A DNA stretch of 64,000 bases from Takakia lepidozioides. Its lineage: Eukaryota > Plantae > Bryophyta. This document shows, one piece after another, positions 35,601 through 49,469 of the stretch. Below the pieces are notes generated by a model. It saw only the letters and a program-made list of their open reading frames with translations, made no database searches and had not been told where the DNA came from. The position numbers and the translations under genes are program-made. The stretch spans positions 9,114,001 through 9,178,000 of the forward strand of contig CM060731.1 in the NCBI GenBank assembly GCA_030704615.1, written 5' to 3'. Each line of letters opens with the position of its first letter. The stretch's first letter is position 1.

Positions 35601-38454
35601 AAAATGTATGTGAGCGTAAATCAAAAGTAAACATATTGTAAGCAAGTTTTACGGTTTTCACAAATAATTATTTGGTGAGAGAGAGAGATGACTTCGGCCC
35701 TAGTCCGCATAACTTAGACCACTTTGCCTTGCGGCTATTGACTCATGTTGGGGGTGGGCCTATGTAATCACATTAATATTATGTAAACCTTAACAATTTG
35801 ATAAAGTTAGTGATATATGCGAAATAATTTACAATATGATTTTTTTTCAATAATTTTTTGGCTTCAGAATTGGATCTCCCATATACAAACCTAAAGAATT
35901 TTGGCTGCTCACCTATTTACTAAAGTTCATTCTCCTCTTGTAAACAAGCACTATATTTAATAATTGAAAACATGTCATGAACCCTTGTAATTCCAACATT
36001 TGTTGGAGCCAACAATTTAGCTCATCTGATAGCTTGTTTGTAGTTAACTTGACTTTACGACATCAAAAAATATATTGAAATGTCTCCAAGATATTCTTTG
36101 AACAAGTATCTGGTTTTTATTGAGCGGAGAATTCTTCCCATATTGTGAAGTATGGTTTATAATATTGTAGTCCCGATCTATGTTAATTAGCACATTGATG
36201 CATAAATGTACATCGATAGTTTATTTTTACCTCTTTGGCAAATATGTCTCTCCAAGTTTCTTTTGCACTTGTAGCATAGAAGGTCAACAAACTTTTGCAG
36301 GTCAAATACTCTCTCTCAAATCTTCAATGCTCATGTCGATTGCATAACCACAATGCTTCCGTCAAGAATTAAACACATTACTAACTTGTTGTAATTCAAC
36401 ATGGATGCTTTGCTTTTGTGTCGACCACCATCACTCATGAATATATTTGAAACTTCTTTCGCATCCATTATCCAACCATAATACTATTGCATTTGTTTTT
36501 CTTAAAAACCTGATGTACCGTTATCGAACTCTTATGGTAACTTGTGGTGTCAGTACTTTACCCCGACAGACTACTAATGACCATAACTAAAGCAACATGG
36601 TTGCCCAAACCTCTCCCAGACTGGAAAGTGCCCATATATCCACACATTAGGCGTCCGATTGACACAACGACCCCCATGAGATATTTGGTTTGGGTACAAT
36701 GGGTGATATCCAACATAAAAGTATGTGGCTTTTGCATCCATGACCACTTGGCAGCCTTGTGCGGGCTATCTGTTGGATCAATTGGAATCACTTGATCTTC
36801 CTAGACCACCAATTTTTATCATTATAATTGCTTGGTGAACTGATCATGTACTGGATATATTCATCAGTAGATCGAACATCTATATATCATCAACAATATC
36901 ATGAGATGGAAGAGTTCAATTTCATTGAAGGTTCAGTTAGATTCCACAATGATTTAACACATAGAATCCATTTGATAACTAGAGATTGAAATTATAAATG
37001 AGTTTTGTGATGTTCAACATGAATAGTTTGTTTCGGGAGGTTCACAACGACCTCGAGCAAAATGACTAAGGTCAATTTGATCAACATAATCCAAGGAATG
37101 TGTACAATTTGAACACAATATTATCTTTTTAGACAAACGAATCATTCAAGTGAGTCTTACCAACATAATCACACCTTATGAGATATTTCCTCCCTCAATA
37201 TTACCATAGGTAGAGAACTCTTTTTTTTTTCCCCACTAGTGCATATTTTCAAATCATCATCGGTGTTTCTTTTCCCAACCATCAACTGATATTTTGTTTG
37301 CAACAACACATGTGATAAACTCAAAGCCCAAGATGGACCACTCAAAAGCATCAGACCCTTCTACAACATTTACGCAAAGGTGTAGATTACTCACAATGCA
37401 TTTTCTTTGCATATTATCATTCCAGGTTTGGAACCTTTGCAAAACCCACCACGCTTATCTGGAGCATCAGTAGATGTTTACCTCATAATGTTTTCATTAT
37501 CAAAGATGATGAAAATGATGAAAACAGAGCAAGCTGAGCAAAAACACAAACAAAATAAATTAGGGCTGCAATGAGAAGAGCCTGATATAAAACCCTAGTA
37601 CCTACACAAGAGAAATACAAATTGATGTTATATTGGCTGCAAGGATTGGTAAGAAAATGGAGAGATATAACAAACCAATATAGTAAGAAGAGACTTCCGT
37701 TGAGACGTATATAGCCAAGAGAATAAAAACAAATCTAGCACTCTCTACAAAAGAAGCAAGAGTCCACAAATCAATGCTACTGCTAGCAAGCAAGAGAAAA
37801 AATGGCCATAGCCAGCAGTCTCAAAGGAGCAGAAGAGAAGATAACTATGGATGAAAAATGACGAATAAAACATTTTTGGATGAACTTTTTGAAAAACAAA
37901 ACGCATTTGGGACGGCGTGGGCTTCCCTTTGCTCTACGGCGCTCCGGCAAAGTGTAGTGGAGAAAGCTCAAGACGTATTCTAGAGCATTGACAGCTATAA
38001 TTCTGTCCCTCACGACTGCAGAGCTGAGTAGAGATCAATGGGTAGGTAATCCTTGTGTCACATGATGGACACCAGACATGCACATCATGGTTTTGTCAGT
38101 AGCAGGAGACACGCAAGTGAGTTGAGCAACTTGAGATGTTTAGTATGTTTATGCTGCTTGTTTGTATCATATGAACAAGACTCCCTGGAAAGAAAGATTG
38201 ACAATCCCATTGATCAAAGAGAGCATCGTGATCTTTCGCACAATAAATGCATGTGTAGATTTTCTGCTGAGTCCCATTTCTGTCTGGGGAAATGCATCAA
38301 TAAGATTATCACCAAGCCTACTCCAGGAGAATTTTTTTGGTGGAAAGCTTCAGCTGTGTGTCAACCATCGCGACATCTAGTCTTCTGGAGCATAAAAGGT
38401 GGCACCATCAAAGCATTGCAGAGCCTAAGAGGGAAGAGCTTAAGTGAGATGAAA

Positions 38455-41400
38455 TTACGTCATATGAAGTCCAGGTAAAGCCCCACTGTGACCTTCCAAC
38501 TGTGGCAGCCGCATCTCCTTGCTTCCAATGGTACTAAACAGTGGTCCATGCAACGGGACCTGCAATCGTGGGAGCCTACAGGAAAATCGAACACCTTGTT
38601 CAATCCATGTAGTAGCATTTATCGTAGAAAATGATTCTTGTGGTAGAGGCATGCTGCATCCTGGACGGCGTACACACATTGGCAGGCCACCACCTGTCAA
38701 CACTTGCTCCCCTGCTGACAAATCTGGTTATCATGCATAGCCACCAGTAAAAAGCTTGATAGAGTTCATAACCAGAGCTCCACCTTGTACACTATACGAG
38801 GATATATAATTGCTGCTGAATATCCCTGAGGGGGAGTGATACAGGAAGTGCATAAGGAAGAAACCACTTTTGGAGGCATGACACAATATTTTACAGCTCT
38901 ACACAAATACAACCTTTGAGTCACAGTGCGGTAGGTTCACATTAGCTGTTGATAGTTCAAAATGTACACAGGATAAACTGAGACTTTCCATTTCTGTTCA
39001 AGGAACAGGAAAGGTATCCTCATTAAGGGACCAACCTGCCACTGGTAAGGAGGCTGTGCTGGCAGCACTTGTTAAACCTCCATACTCAGATTTGCTTATG
39101 TGTGATTCTGCCGTGCTACCAGTACCCCCATACTCCTGGTGCTGTTGGTGCAGTGCTTCCCGAACAACATCAGCTGGAAGCTCTTCTTTACCTCCTGCTG
39201 TTGATGGGAACGACTCTTGCCATGAGAATTGTGCAGAAAAAGGAGGACGGAGAAAGGGTGGCCTACCCTGGACAAGGCTTGTATGCCCATGCCGAAAGGA
39301 GTGTGCAAGTGGACTAGATTGATGTACCATTGTCCGGGTCTTCTGACCGACAACATAGGAAGACGTTGATACGTAAGAAGGCAAGTTTAGTCGGGAACCG
39401 GCACGTGGCATCATGTAGGGTGACGGAGAGCTCAACATGGTCTCTGCCCCTGTGGCTGAATTGGCCATCCGGTTAGGTAGCTCTTGTATAAATCCTGCAT
39501 TAAATTGACCAGGTCGCAGTGAAACACTGGGCTTTGGTTGATCAGCCAGCTGAATGATTCCATTGTTCGATCCACTGCGCTGCTGTGACCGCCCTGTGCT
39601 TGATTCACCAGGTTTCTCACAGAATATGAACTTCATTTCAAGGGACTCCTGGAGATATCCAGTGTTTGTCTGACTGGGCTGTGCACTTGATGGCTGAGAG
39701 AAACCAGTATATGCTGTTGGTGCACATGGCGTTTTAGTTGGTTGGTGGAAACTCCCATCCTGTGACAACGGAACCATGACAGGAGCAGCTTGAGTAAACT
39801 GCTCACAAACATGACGAGAGGGAGCCATATACAGCTGCTGCAAGGCTGGCAGTGATGGTTCTGGGCATAATGGAGGAGGGGGAGGCGGAGGAGAGGGAGG
39901 TGGGGATGCTGGCAAAGGGGGAGGTGATGGAAGTCGGGGGGAGGGCCCACAGGAAGAGGAGGTTGCCTTGCAGGAAAGATCCTCCCTGCCACAAGTTGCT
40001 GCTCCTTTGGTGTGATTGGCTCAAGTTCGCCGGTGGGAGACACATCCTCCATCTCAAGCTCGCCATCTACATCTTCAAGAAAATGATGACGTCTTTCAAC
40101 AGATGTGTGTAGATCCTGTGCGGTCTGCTCTACCTCATTTGCCATGGTTGGGAGTGTGCTACTAGGTGTAGGCTCCAATATTCTCCCATAGATGCTGACC
40201 TCCTCCTCCTCCTCCTCGTATGTCTGTGCAATGAGAGAGAAGCCTGGTATGGACAAAGTTGCATTGCTGCAAAAGCCACAGAGCACAATCAGAAAGTAGT
40301 GCCTAAACTAAAAGTGAACCATAAACTTTAGAAACTAATACACATTCTAGTCAACAAACAATTTCACCATCATCTCAATTTAGTGCTGAAGCACCTTCCA
40401 AAGACGGGTGTTCTGTAGGAAAATGAAATAAAATTGATCATACAAGTCTAACCAAAGAGCAGGTAGTGATCCCCCGACCATTACTGGAGTCACTGCTCAT
40501 CTATATTCATGTTGTAACTATACCATAATATTAACTAGTATTTTTCTTGAAAAGTCTCCCAATAGAACTCTTCTGTGCCGCTCAGGTTCTTGTAACAAAA
40601 GCACCACCACTTCCCTGGGGGACTCACTAAGGAGACCACATTCTTTAAGCCTCGACACTAGGCGAGTTTTAGCGAGTTTTCTTCTGCCATACCCAATAAC
40701 AACCAATGGCGACTACTGTCAAGCATAAGAAACAAACCCGAATTCAGCTTACCTCCCATACTCATCCACAAGAATGCCCTCCATTTCCCTTACAGGATCA
40801 TCCACTGCCCGCTGAGAACGAAAAATGTGGTGTGTCCCATTCCCCTCTGTCACTTTGTCATCATTATGAGATTCTATCTCATTCACAAAGTGCCGAATGA
40901 CTGGTTTTGGCATTATGCTCCGCTCCTGCCACAACTTGAGCACCTGCACAACACCACACTCTATGCTTTGATTCAGAATTTCACAATCCGGATATCAAAA
41001 TATCATATCAGCAAGTTATTGCAAGTTCTCTCCTGCACTAGAGCAGTGTTGGGGGTATTACAGAGTCATAAACAATGTACAGTAGTGGTAGAAGCCATGT
41101 GGCCAGTCTTGCAGAAAAATGGTGGAGAAGTTTCTTGTTTCCATAAAACTCTACTGCCTGAAAAAAGTCGAGTACCTTCAAACACTGCTTGCGATTCTCA
41201 CGAGCCACACTCCCTGGTGGTGCAGCTGCACTCAGTAATCGGGGCAAGACAGCTTGCACTACAGACAGATATGCTAATACTGCAAGGATACACAAACAGC
41301 ACCCAGCATTCAACATTCGTGAAAACTGATCAACCATTATTCCTTGTTCAATAAGTTGTTATTCTGCAAAAAAATGATTGCTTGAGCTGTTTGCCAATTG

Positions 41401-44400
41401 GATACTTCAGACATGCCCTCTTGCCTTCTTCAGGTGAATTTGCAATACATCAAAACATACTCAACTGTGCCACTGGTCTACAGTAATCCGCTCTAGACTT
41501 GTAACAATGACTTCAATTTCAATGTACAGTTGGGAGTTACAAATCTCGTAGTTCTGCGAGAGTCCAACTTGGACTCACAATTAGAGTTAAACATACCTTT
41601 AGTACTGTGTGCAATCTGAGTGATTGAATCAACTAGAAACCAAAAGTCGACCCGCCGATGAAAGCTTGGCTCAATTTCCAGCTTCTGGATAATCACTTCA
41701 ACAATCTGCACCACCACCAGTAGACATCTCAATATTCCCTTGCTGCAATTAATCATAGGAACTAGGCAGATCATAGCAAGCAATTCTTCCTTCTCTGTTC
41801 TTCCTTCTTCCATCGATATTAGAAATCTACACCTTCATTGCTGTCAAGTCTAGCATTCCAGAAGTGATTTCTTCACTAGACTGCAACACAGATGTCAAAG
41901 GGATTTCAAGAGAGGGGGAGACAAAATGTCTGTGTGTTGTTCACCTGATCAGCGATACCATGCTTGGCACAGTCCATGGCCTGTCGCGTTGCCCGCCCAA
42001 TGCTATCCTTTGTCCGAGAAAGAGTCTCCAGCATCCCCACAAAAGTATCCCGAGCCACAGTTGCTTCTGTGTCAACAAGCCCCTCTATTGAACCTGCCAG
42101 TGAGGCAGAACCGGTTCTATCTTCCACACCAAGATTCCATCCCCAATGTCGAAAACTCTCCCCCTTGGAGGCTGCTCCCAGGTCAGGAAGTTCAGAGTAA
42201 GAATCAGACCTCTTTGGTATATCCTTGGGTGTTACAACAGCTGCTTGCCCATGGGGAATTGGTGATGCGATCCTTGAGCTTCCTTGTTTCTGTAAAGGGG
42301 AGGGGCTAGATCCCAGTCCAATAGCTAACTTTGCTAGGTCTGCAGCAGCTCCACCTGAGCTGTGACGGGCTCGTTGCTTTGCTTGGGCTGCTGCAATTAG
42401 GACCTTCATTGAAGCAGATGAGTCCCCCTCTCTCTTCAAACCACTCCTTTTCTCATTTGCAGGGGCGACACTGTTAGTGAATCACACAAGTAGTGCTCAG
42501 AAACTGAAATTAAATAAATAAAGGTCTATCATGCCAGGGTGCCAGAGTAATGGAGTTAACTTCAATACTTTATCTAGAGAAAGACAATGGCTAAGATTCA
42601 TTATGACAAGCTGTAAGACACTCACAAATTTGTTATGGTCGAGTCTTCCAAGTGCACCCTTGCCAAAGATGGAGACAAGCCTCCAATCCCAACTGATGTG
42701 ACCGCTCCATTGACTCCCCCTGTTTCAGACGTTGTAATACCCACCAAGCCGCTCGCTTTCTCAAGGGCTGCTTCAAAACTTGCTTTCCCAACAAGGGTTG
42801 GGCTTGCAGACGGTTTTGAAATAGTGGCTCCACCCTCTGTGTTCCCACTGGCAGGGCTACTTGCTGGCATTGCCAGATTCTTTTGTATGTAGCTTGAGCT
42901 GAGAGTCTTTCCTTTTAGGTGCCTTAATCTTGCTTCACACTTCACATTTCGGGCCTTCCCAGGATACCCACTTCTTCTTACTTTTCCTGGAACACTAACC
43001 AATGCTTGAGTCCCTTTACCAGGGGATTCTCCACTATGAAGCCTATCTGACATCCCAGAATCCATAACACCATTTTCCAGACTACCAGGCCTACCTACAG
43101 CAGATTCTAAGAGGTCTGAAGCAAATGCAGCACTTTTCGATGTTGCCATTTCCAAGGCTGCTTCCCCACCCTCCCTGCTAGAGGTCTCAGAATCGATCCC
43201 AGCAACAGTATCTCTAGATTCCCCCTCATGAGCACCAATTTCACCACCTAACTGCTGCCCTTCAGCCTCCTCGGGTTGCACTGTATTGCCTGTGGAAACT
43301 TCTGCTTCACCTGTGCTCACAGAGTGATAAGAATATTTCCGACGCTTTATAGGGGAAAGGAGAGCGTCACCATGAGTTCCTTTCCTAATTCGATTATGTT
43401 CTAATTCAGGTGGTAAACTACTGCCTTTTCCTCCAATACCACTCCACTTTGATTGCTGCATTGGATTTGGTGATTTTTTCTCTAAGCTGATCCCTTTCAA
43501 GCTTAAACGATCGGCTCTAACATGCTTGTGTTTCTCTTCTGCAAACGAGTCTTCTCTGCACAATTCCTTGTCATGCTCAAGGGATGGGCTGTATGGTTCC
43601 TTATCCTTAAAAACCCTAGCCTTCTTCAACAAGGGTAAATGCTCATCGGCCTCATGTCTTGCTTTTGCGCCTGGACCAGACCTATCCCCTGTCAGTGGTT
43701 TACCGATACCACTTGAAACTGCATCTATACCCTGTGCAATAGACTCCTTGACTTCCCCTTCAACATTAGTGGGCCTTCGCCGTTTCACAGAGTTGTCCCC
43801 TTTGAAGTGAATATTAACCTTCTTGCCACCAAAAGAGCCCGGAGAGGATGACTGAACTATCCTCTCTGATGGAACAGCACCAGACTTACCAGAGTTATCA
43901 CCTTTCTCCTGTGAGATGGTGGTTTTCCCTTCCTGCCAGATACAGAAAACTGTCAATCACCCGATAGACAATTTTCTGCATTCACAAGCTAGAGACCAAT
44001 GTTATGCAGGACAGAATTTCACCTGGCTTGTGTTTTGGAGGAACTCTTTCTTCTTCCCCTTAATGTCCGGATGTGCCTCTGTGAAGACGCCCTGGGTACC
44101 CTTTTTTTGCAGTCTGGATTGAAGGCCCTCGACTGGCACACTTTCTCGCTTGACACTGACTCTGGGGTTGCATTTCTTCAAATGAGCTCCTCCTTTTTTG
44201 GGGCGATTGCCAGAAGGAGATGAAAAGCCCCCAAGCTCATTGACATTGGCGGGGTGAACACTGTGTCCGTTACACAGACTTGTGTCCAGACCACCAACTC
44301 CTTCCCCATCCGCCTGCCTGCACGCATGTCCAGACTGTGAACCCAATAGCCTCCTCTCCCCATCCAAGGAGGAATGCTGATTGGCCTTTGTTGATTTGCC

Positions 44401-44796
44401 ACCTCTATATTCTCGCCGTCTTTTCATCCCAACCTCACTTGTCTCAGCATTGAAACCTGCTGTGCCATCAGCTTTGTCTTGGTAAAAAGCGTCATCAACT
44501 TCCTGTTGACTGCCCTGCCCCTGACGGCCAGTTGTCCTACAGTGAACTGCTTTCTTTTTCTTCCTTCCCCCTTGTTCAGTGGCAGCAGTGCTGTCACTTC
44601 CATTTTGCACTTCTGTTGAGAAGATTTGGCTCATTTCAGCACCCAACTTAATTCTTCGAAGAGCTTCACAAGCAGCCCGTCTCCTTCGACTAACCGCAAA
44701 ATCAGAGTTTTCAAACTCAGATGCACTCTTTGCTCTATTTTGGTCATCTGTTAACAACTTCAGCTTTTCTACCCTCTTTCCACCCTCTTGCTTCAT
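38455..44796 (-). CDS. HUA2-like: HUA2/HULK-like protein (CID domain + Pro-rich region); exons ~44796-44023, 43932-42626, 42470-41945, 41705-41597, 41279-41176, 40943-40753, 40266-39035, 38711-38455
   Basis: MLETLSRTKDSIGRATRQAMDCAKHG, RRVDFWFLVDSITQ, LPRLLSAAAPPG..ARENRKQCLK, DDPVREMEGILVDEYG, HHFLEDVDGELEMEDVSP; 1-nt frameshift at ~39938. Confidence 0.92.
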
Positions 44797-47199
44797 CGGA
44801 TCCAGACTCCAGTTGCCTTCGAAAGAGAGAGTAAGCTCAACCTGCTGGTTACCATGTCAACTTGATCAGATCTTCTTGCATCAATCACGATCTTCAATCT
44901 CTTCTCTCCACTATATCTTCTTCTACTTCAAAATCACTAAAGCAGAAGTCTATGCTCCTAAAGAACTATGTTATTTTTCTCTTCAAAGTATCCAGACAGC
45001 GCAGTCTGTATCTATCTTGTAGGTCGATATTTCTTTCAGCGAAGTGAGGATTAGCAGTGGTGCGCTGCCGTCTTGATTAGTACATACAATTTGCTCTCTG
45101 CTCCATATTGAAATCCAGAATCTCACTGGGTGCAGAAGCCACTGCAACAGCAAGAAATGGGTCATAATATGAGGTAGAATAAAAGGAGAACTATTACTGC
45201 AAGAGAAAAGCAAACTGAAAATTTATCAAGCTTGCTCTCCTGGGCCAAAGTGTGTGAGAAGGGTATTCTGGCCATAGGAAATTTTCCACATGATTGCCGA
45301 CATACAAACCAAACCTTTCGGACTTTCTCTCACAAGTTCGATTAAACTTCTGCAACAAGGAGGGTATGAATATGGTGGTGCAAAGTGTGCATTCTTTTGC
45401 AAAGTTGGAAAACATTGTCAACACAGTAAGCTTGACAAGGATTAAGTAAGGAAAGCCTGTGAATTTTACTCCAGCACTGCAGCTAAGAAATGAGGTAAAC
45501 CTGTCCATGTAAACTCAAGCCTACCAGCCGAGAATACAATATATTTGCAATCCGTCCTAAGAAACCAAAGCACTTCTGCCAGAGAAAAAGATTACAGCAC
45601 TGCAAATAAATGATCCATGCATCTGCAACTTCTTGGCAGGAAAACAGGCCAAGAAGGTGAACTCTTGGCAATGTGAGTGTGAAGGTCAATCTCAGCCAAG
45701 CAAAGACCCTGTAGCGGTCTGTACAGCAATGACTGAGCCCAAAACCCAGATCTTTCCCAATTGAGGATGTAAAAGAGACTCCTTAAGAAAACCAGGAGAA
45801 AGGAGCGAAATTGTTGTGTGTCGGAAAACCTCAAAACACGACGATCCGTAGGGCGGATGGATGTCGCCCAAAGGTTGACACACAAAACAACTCGGACTGC
45901 AATTTGCAAGAATAACAGGATGCGCGAAAACCACACCTACCCGTGTATGAGCCCCTCCGTTGACAAGGACTAGGTCTCTACCATTCCAAATGCTCGAATT
46001 CCCTTAAACGCCCCCAATAACTGTTCCTCGTAGTCGCTCCTTTGCAACTCCACATCGTTTCTTACACCCCATCTCCATAAATGCACCCCAATTGCAAAGT
46101 TCGATCTATCCCCAAGCAACCTTTACAAATTGCGTACGCACAAATTACGTCAGCCTGCAAATTGCACCTGCCCTACGAGTATGTTCCCAGTTGTTTTCCC
46201 AACAACAAAGCGGAATTCCGCTCTCGCAACAGAAACCACAATTTCGATCATCGAACAGGCAGCGATGGTGCTTCCCTAAGACAAATTACAAGACAGGAGC
46301 AATTGCAAGAACGCTGACTCAGATCATACAAACTCATCACAAAGTCAATTCGTCCTTCCCTAACCACTACATCCGTCCTGCATGCCACTATCTACGCAAA
46401 GGCATGTCTAACTACAGGCCTCGACGCTCAACAAGCCCGGCAAAGAGAGGCACCTGAGAGTCAATCGCGATCGCCATCGTAGTCCCGGCCCGCAGAATAT
46501 GCCGCTCATCTTTGTCGGTACAGACTGCTTCAAGAACGCCTCCCATAAATGAACTCCACACACATTTAACACCCCTGCATAAATGAGGCTGCACCCCCAA
46601 AAACAACAAAAAAGGGATCCTAAAATAACAAAAGGTTCCCCCAAAAACTGTCCTGCATGTTTTTCGTCCAGAAACAGAAAAAATAATAGCGATAGACAAC
46701 CCTTTAATATAAGTACTTCGTTTACTCTAACAAATATGATAAGGTAACGCCTTTCCCTTTAAAAAAACAAAGAGAAAAGGAAAAAAGAAAAAACGCCTAG
46801 GCTGCATTTGGAAGGGGGGATCTACCCTTCAAACCTCAGGCTTGGTGGGTAGGCTAATAGGTAAGTCTTCCCATGGTGTGGGAGGCTCTTTGCATTCTGA
46901 GTCTTGCATGAGCATGTAAGTAATGTCTCTTCCTTATCGACCAGGCTTTCGTTGAGAGGTGGGATCAGTATTTGTTTTTCATCTTTCCAAAATCTCAGGC
47001 GGTGAATTCTACCCCATGTGGCGGGAATAACGAGGTAACAGGGTTAGAAACGTGGCTATATTCCAGGTGGCACGCTTTAACTGGTCACGTCGGAAAAATT
47101 AGGCACCGCGCTTTTGGCGAAATTTCTGGATTTTACCCTCCATAATTCCTTTGTACAAGTAGCTGACCCAATAATTTTCCAGGTCGAAATCTGGCGATT

Positions 47200-47930
47200 T
47201 TTCACCAGAATAAGGTCTGCATACTCATACCACCCTCAACTTGGAGCTTTGATAATGAAATATGCAGACCCGTCCAACCGCAAATAGTTCCGCATATCTC
47301 TTGGATCCATTTGGAGGCTTGGATAATGAGAGGCATTTGTAGACTCCCATGCCGGAGGCACTTGCCAACGACAAATAGGTCTATATAAGTCACACTCAAC
47401 TTGGAACTTGGATAATGAAATATGTAAGTAGGCTCCTGCCAACCGCAAATAGTTGTACATTTCTCCTGGACCCATATGGAGCTTGGATAGTGAGATATGT
47501 AGAGTCTCATATCGCCTCATGTTTCGGTGCTCATGGCTACGTCGTGGTTATTTTTTCCTGGAACTCTTAATTTGATGAACAGGGCCTCCCTCCCCTTTAT
47601 CAAAAAAGAAAAATAGTAGAGTAAAGTCCCTGCGGGGAGCACTTGCCAGCCGCAAATCTCTCGAACCCATAGCACACTCACCTTGGAGCTTGGATAATGA
47701 AATATGCAGAGTCCCGCGCCGGGAGCACTTGCCAGCCGCAAATAGGTCTACATTTCTCCCGGACCCATAGCACACTCAACTGGGAGTTTGGATAATGAAA
47801 TATGTAACCACACTCCACCACTATTTTCACTCCCATGCTGGGGAGCGCTTGCCAACGGCAGCCGCAAATAGGTCTTCATAATGCCCGGACCCATAGCACA
47901 CTCAACAGGGAGCTTGGCCGCTGTATAGAG
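47200..47930. repeat. degenerate tandem repeat array (~75-125-bp units, about 6 copies)
   Basis: Recurrent GGATAATGAAATATG, CCGCAAAT (~47278, 47443, 47650, 47736, 47862) and GGACCCATAGCACACTCA. Confidence 0.8.
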
Positions 47931-49469
47931 ACTCCACAACTCTTTTTACATTTCTTTGATCAATGGGCAGCCATAAGCGAAGGAGGTTACCCAAGATACT
48001 CAAGTATCCGGGTTTAAGCATTTATGGACTTCAGCTACCCTCGAACATGAGAATGTACCAACTTCATGTGCCCTTTGCAAACACTATTCATGGAGGCAAG
48101 CAATAATAGAAAGAAAGACAAGTTATATCTGTCGTCCTGGCGAAGGTTAAAGTACGTATACGGTCAGCAGCCTTCAGCGAAGAATTGGGCCCCCGGAATA
48201 GGAAATAGCATCGACCAATAGCAGTAGAGAGGAAAGCTATGTTGTCCCATCTACCAGTCCTTATCCGTAGGATGTACCTGAACCTTCCCAATGGCGGCGG
48301 ATGTGAAGTAATTGGGCTCTAAGATTGTATTGCGGACCAAGAAAGAACGAGCTTCCGGACAAAGGAAAATAGAAAACAAGAGAAATGAAATGATACTTTG
48401 TAACGTCCGCAGGAGAAAAGTGGAGCCCCCAACAGCCAACCACCACTAGCATATGCAAGAGCTGAAGATGCAACTGAACTAAATGCTCAGAGGACAAAAA
48501 TCTTAGGCCTCTTCAGGCACTTACCAATTACCTTCTGCAAAGCCTGACAGTGAAGGTACGCTGTTTGCCTCAACTCCAGTCCTTCCATATCCTGAAAGCT
48601 TATATTTGCCAGCACTAAAGGCAAGCTAGCAGTGGTAAAGCTGCCTTGAGAGTAGCTAACAATTAAAAACCAAAACTCCTCATTCAGAATTGTGGACAGT
48701 TTACAAAATGGGCACTAAACATCTACAGAACAAAATAGAAGTTATATTTCTAAAGCCATGGATGCCAATCAGATCAAGTAAGAATTGTGGTTTCATTCAT
48801 ATGTACAGATCACATCCCAGGCAGCTACTTTGCAAATCTACACTCAAAGAGCCTGAGGACATAATTTCCTAGACTCCTATGCTGAACTCTGACCAAAAAG
48901 GCTCTGAAAATAAAACCTTACACAACATTCTGTGATGTTGTTCACAATAAGCTCCTAATCCTTAGAAAACTACCTCTAAAATGTGTTTCACACAAATGAG
49001 TTGAACCCTACCCAGGTACACTCGACCTGAAAGTACATCAGACAGCCAGTCTGCATCAGATATGCACACCGTATATTGGAGCATCCCTGGTTATCATGCC
49101 CAGTAATAAAAAGAAAGAAACTATAATGACATGCTGTTAGTGATAGAATGTCCCAAGGATGGATACATCCACCTAGAAAAAGACAAAAGGAGTTCATAAG
49201 AGTCTACAACTCTTCAGTAGAGGAGAAAATGGAGCAGAATCAGAGCAGTGGACACTGTAACAAACCTTTCCCCTCTGATCTCTTTCTCACTCACCGGCTC
49301 TCTGCACCTGGTTTGTTACTGATGCAAAAGAAAGCTCTTTCATATCAATGCAGACATGCTTACCGAGAAGTCAGCCACGCCATCTTTGAATCCCCAACTG
49401 AAGGCTCAACGAGAAAAAACTACAACTAAACCAATTACTCCATTTCAGTAGTGCCCAGATCACAGAAAT

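Noticed and set aside
37940-37959. CACTA terminus on - strand (CACTACACTTTGCC)
   Set aside because: No matching partner TIR or 3-bp TSD found.
46797-47000. Tourist-like MITE (GGCTGCATTTGGAA...TTCCAAAATCTCAGGC)
   Set aside because: TIR match is weak and no TSD is evident.
47200-47930. CRISPR-like repeat array
   Set aside because: Units are degenerate, intervening sequences resemble each other, there are no cas genes, and the context is eukaryotic.
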